Source: Octopus bimaculoides
Taxonomy: Eukaryota
Reading direction: 5' to 3'
DNA: 36,102 bases
Assembly: GCF_001194135.2 (NCBI RefSeq)
Contig: NC_068997.1
Location: 584,845 to 620,946, forward strand
Position 1 is the stretch's first letter. Each line of letters opens with the position of its first letter. The position numbers and the translations under genes were made by a program. Under the pieces are notes generated by a model. The model had not been told where the DNA came from. It saw only the letters and a program-made list of their open reading frames with translations, and made no database searches. Positions 32,051 through 36,102 of this stretch are shown here, in pieces.

Positions 32051-33415
32051 GTGCATTTGTGCTTCGGTGTGTGTGTGTAATATTAATAAATGCAAGGGTT
32101 CTCCACTCAAAACTGACCAAATTACATTCACCATCGGTCCCTAACTTCACTAAATCTAGCATTACATCTGCAGAGATCATCATTAACTTGGAAAATATGT
32201 CTTCCGCAATAATCCTTGACGAACGTCTGTAGCTTATTTGTAACCAGTCGTATATTTGATCTTGTCAACTCAATGTCTAATCAGAATTAATCTTTTGAAA
32301 CGTAAAATGCTATTAGCTGAGAGTCTGCGCTCTTGCAATTAACCGTTCATTATATATTTATTCCTGGAAATGATATGCGCACCAAGCTGATATATATGTG
32401 AGGTGTAAGCCAAATATTTTATCAATCATAGAAAGCCTGTAGTAAATTAAATCAGTAGGTGCTAGCTACCGTTGTTGTCGTATGTCGTAACCTTCTTTAT
32501 CGACCTTTAATCAAAGGTGAACTGTTTAATTTTAATAACCAAGTAAATAGATTAATTAAATTGACATTAACATTCTCCCCACCCCCTACCCCACCCCTCC
32601 CTCTCTGTTTCTCTTTAAATCAAATTGAGAACATACAACCCAAGATCATGATTGAAATAATAGAGCAATTTAATATATTGTAATTAAATTAACTTATGTT
32701 GTAAATCTCCCTGTCTCAGTTTCTCTCTCTGGTTTTCCCTCCTCCTCTCTCTTTCTTTTCTTTCTTTCTCCCTCTCTCTCTCTTTCTCTCTCCGCACATC
32801 TAAAGATAAAAGTTTTTTGGAGATATAGCAGCATATACAATTATGCACGAATAAATGCACTCATGTATATGTACATGCTAAAATACGCACAAACAATCAT
32901 AGATGTATATACACCTCACACATATATACATATACACATAATTTTGTGTATACATTTCATTATGGATTTAGATGAATATATGTACACACACACATCCACA
33001 CGCACATCCACACATACCCAGACATACACACACATACACACACACACACATATTGTTCAGTATCTGCCACGATGAAACATAGGATGTACACGTCAACTAT
33101 GATAAATTAATATTTGAAAATACGCACATTCATTTCAAATGATTTTCATTACTTCTACATTTTCGCCTACGTTGCCGTTTTTCGACATACAAGTGGTTTA
33201 TACACATGCAAATTGTATATATAAATTGTATCTATACAGGTGACCGACAGATACAAATAAATATATATTTTACATAGATATGTATTATATATACATACTA
33301 TAAATGTTATACATTTACATATGCAGCATGTATAATATAGATGTATGTATAATACATATTTATATACTATATTTGTGTTTGCGTGTTTATATAGATATAT
33401 ACACACCTCTGTGTG

Positions 33416-33462
<47 letters not shown>

Positions 33463-33519
33463 NNNNNNNNNNNNNNNNNNNNNNNNNNNNNNNNNNNNNN
33501 NNNNNNNNNNNNNNNNNNN

Positions 33520-33545
33520 ATATATAGATAGATAGACAGACAGAC

Positions 33546-33607
<62 letters not shown>

Positions 33608-33610
33608 ATA
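33520..33610. repeat. (GATA)n/(GACA)n microsatellite
   Basis: Read directly. Confidence 0.95.
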
Positions 33611-34997
33611 GATTACAACTGTTCTTTCATTCACATAAAGGTAGCTAAAGAAAGGCGGGAGAAATTGAGAGAGATAGAAAGAAGGAAGGACAGAGGGAGA
33701 GAGAGAGTGGAGGGAGAGATAGAGTGGAGGGAGAGATAGAGTGGAGGGAGAGAGGGTGGCTTTAAGTATGAACATTTGATGCTCATCCACACAAATGTGT
33801 ATGATCCACATCTGCATACACACACAGGTACGCACACAATACATACGCAATTGCACACCCATTGGAGGTGGTGTGTGTTGAATGAAATAATATATATATA
33901 TATATACATGTGTGTGTGTGTGTGTTAGCGTGGCTCGCAACGTTAAAGACTTTCTTTATTCCCGAGCATTAAACTAATACATCCTTTTGTTGTTTACACG
34001 ACTTGTCTCCGTCTGTTGTTTTTTTCGTAAATTCTCCCATATATATATATATATATANNNNNNNNNNNNNNNNNNNNNNNNNNNNNNNNNNNNNNNNNNN
34101 NNNNNNNNNNNNNNNNNNNNNNNNNNNNNNNNNNNNNNNNNNNNNNNNNNNNNNNNNNNNNNNNNNNNNNNNNNNNNNNNNNNNNNNNNNNNNNNNNNNN
34201 NNNNNNNNNNNNNNNNNNNNNNNNNNNNNNNNNNNNNNNNNNNNNNNNNNNNNNNNNNNNNNNNNNNNNNNNNNNNNNNNNNNNNNNNNNNNNNNNNNNN
34301 NNNNNNNNNNNNNNNNNNNNNNNNNNNNNNNNNNNNNNNNNNNNNNNNNNNNNNNNNNNNNNNNNNNNNNNNNNNNNNNNNNNNNNNNNNNNNNNNNNNN
34401 NNNNNNNNNNNNNNNNNNNNNNNNNNNNNNNNNNNNNNNNNNNNNNNNNNNNNNNNNNNNNNNNNNNNNNNNNNNNNNNNNNNNNNNNNNNNNNNNNNNN
34501 NNNNNNNNNNNNNNNNNNNNNNNNNNNNNNNNNNNNNNNNNNNNNNNNNNNNNNNNNNNNNNNNNNNNNNNNNNNNNNNNNNNNNNNNNNNNNNNNNNNN
34601 NNNNNNNNNNNNNNNNNNNNNNNNNNNNNNNNNNNNNNNNNNNNNNNNNNNNNNNNNNNNNNNNNNNNNNNNNNNNNNNNNNNNNNNNNNNNNNNNNNNN
34701 NNATATATATACATATATATACATATAATATTTATAAATACAAACAATATGTAAATATATAACAACACATGTAAATAGAGTGACATGTTTTAATGCCTTA
34801 AAATTCTTTTTAATTTCGAACGTCAACTAAACTGATACAATATTTCATGAAGCCATGTTCAACACATTTACCAATGTTAAACTTCAACTTCGCTATGGCA
34901 ATACATAAATATTCTTCGACATATTTTTTATACAAAGATCTCTCTCTCTCTGTATACACACACACGCACATACACACACACACATACACACACACAC

Positions 34998-35044
<47 letters not shown>

Positions 35045-35473
35045 ACGCCCACACGCACACACGGACGCACGCTTACATGCACATTTATGCACGCCGACGC
35101 ATATATTTGGGACAACTTTCGATTTACTCAGTATAAAGGCTTTTTAATTCACTATATTATTTATAACCACCTTTCCAATATATATATATATATATTCGTT
35201 CTGTAGTTAAGACTTTTGTCTATCGGAGAAGTATAATATTCGATTATAAACCCTTGAAGTTTTATACGAAGGATCGGAATTAGTGAGTTATTGCAGGTGC
35301 TTTCTTAATTATATTTGAGAAAATTACTACCAGCAATTGACTAAAATAATTTACTCACAAATTATCAGTGTGTGAACGCGTACGTGTGTGTTGCTAGGTT
35401 CTTTTCTGAAAAGCAGGCTTTTTGTTTTCCTGTCCTCTTTAAAGAAGTCTTTTGTTAGATAAGCAAATGCATC

Positions 35474-35513
<40 letters not shown>

Positions 35514-35734
35514 GCAGATAAACAATGAACCTGAAAGCTGAGGTATTATGACATCTATTAGTTATTTTATCATTTTCGGTGCACCATATTAGGTAAGTTA
35601 CTCTACATTCTAATATGTTCCAAGGACATACACAGACACACACACATACACAGACACTCACACATACACAGACACTCACACATACACAGACACACACACA
35701 TACACATTCACGCAAGCTCCTTCATAAGCATATA

Positions 35735-35957
35735 TACAGGGTTGACCAAAAGTCACCTGACAGTAAATCAAAAATATTTAATTCCAAGATTTATTTATGA
35801 ATGAATTTAATAAAAGTATCCAAATAGGAAACATTATGAAAATTATTCAAACTGAAGTCCTTCTTGAGCGACACATTTTTCTATTCGAGTCAATACAGAA
35901 TTACAGATAGTATCTATGAAATTTTGATTTACTGTCGGGTGATTTTTGGCCAATCCA

Positions 35958-35960
<3 letters not shown>
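35735..35960. mobile_element. Tc1/mariner-type MITE (~226 bp)
   Basis: TACAGGGTTGACCAAAAGTCACCTGACAGTAAATCAAAA versus the reverse complement of the right end, TACTGGATTGGCCAAAAATCACCCGACAGTAAATCAAAA. TA at both ends. Confidence 0.8.
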
Positions 35961-35993
<33 letters not shown>

Positions 35994-36102
35994 CAAATGA
36001 TATATGAGCATATGCATGTCTACATACCTACATCTGCATGTATATAAATATATAGATGCATATCCGGGTACAGGACGTCAAAAAATGTGAACAAAAAAGG
36101 AA

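Larger units (their letters stand above)
1..36102. repeat. Window-wide (TA)n, (CA)n/(TG)n, (TATG)n and (CT)n microsatellites, many flanking assembly gaps
   Basis: N-gaps at 1756-2056, 3811-3820, 5569-6311, 6951-7722, 11224-11292, 12190-12255, 17728-17861, 19074-19618, 28908-28917, 29470-29854, 30921-31480, 33463-33519 and 34058-34702; most abut simple repeats. Confidence 0.95.

Noticed and set aside
32132-32167. Possible 36-nt minus-strand microexon (CAG|...ATG|GTGAAT; DVMLDLVKLGTD)
   Set aside because: Splice signals are plausible but common by chance, and the peptide is unrecognised. It would need RNA-seq.
1559-34826. Long ORFs in the supplied track (200-390 aa)
   Set aside because: They run through N-gaps and dinucleotide repeats (YIYI, CVCV, THTH, X-runs) and have no coding content.

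Overview
AT-rich eukaryotic genomic scaffold with 13 N-gaps, most of them next to microsatellites. It consists almost entirely of simple repeats and decayed mobile elements. The repeat repertoire (very dense (TA)n, (CA)n and (GATA)n, plus short tRNA-derived SINEs) resembles what I recall of octopus genomes; the taxon is an inference. I could not recognise any host protein-coding exon, and nearly all long ORFs in the supplied track are artefacts of N-runs or microsatellites. Recognisable content: two Penelope-like element (PLE) remnants, three R4/Dong-clade RLE-LINE fragments, several CR1/L2-type RT fossils, a mariner transposase remnant, Tc1/mariner and piggyBac-type MITEs, and many copies of at least two tRNA-derived SINE families. 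The most interesting signals are at the RNA level. There are three hammerhead-ribozyme (HHR)-like folds, at 12500-12545(-), 17525-17568(+) and 17936-17977(-), plus weaker half-motifs. The first lies in the 3' end of a PLE, just downstream of a 73-nt tRNA-like Pol III A/B-box module. There are also several long fold-back hairpins, one of which carries a tRNA-like promoter. All translations, pairings and coordinates were read by eye; boundaries of degenerate elements are approximate.
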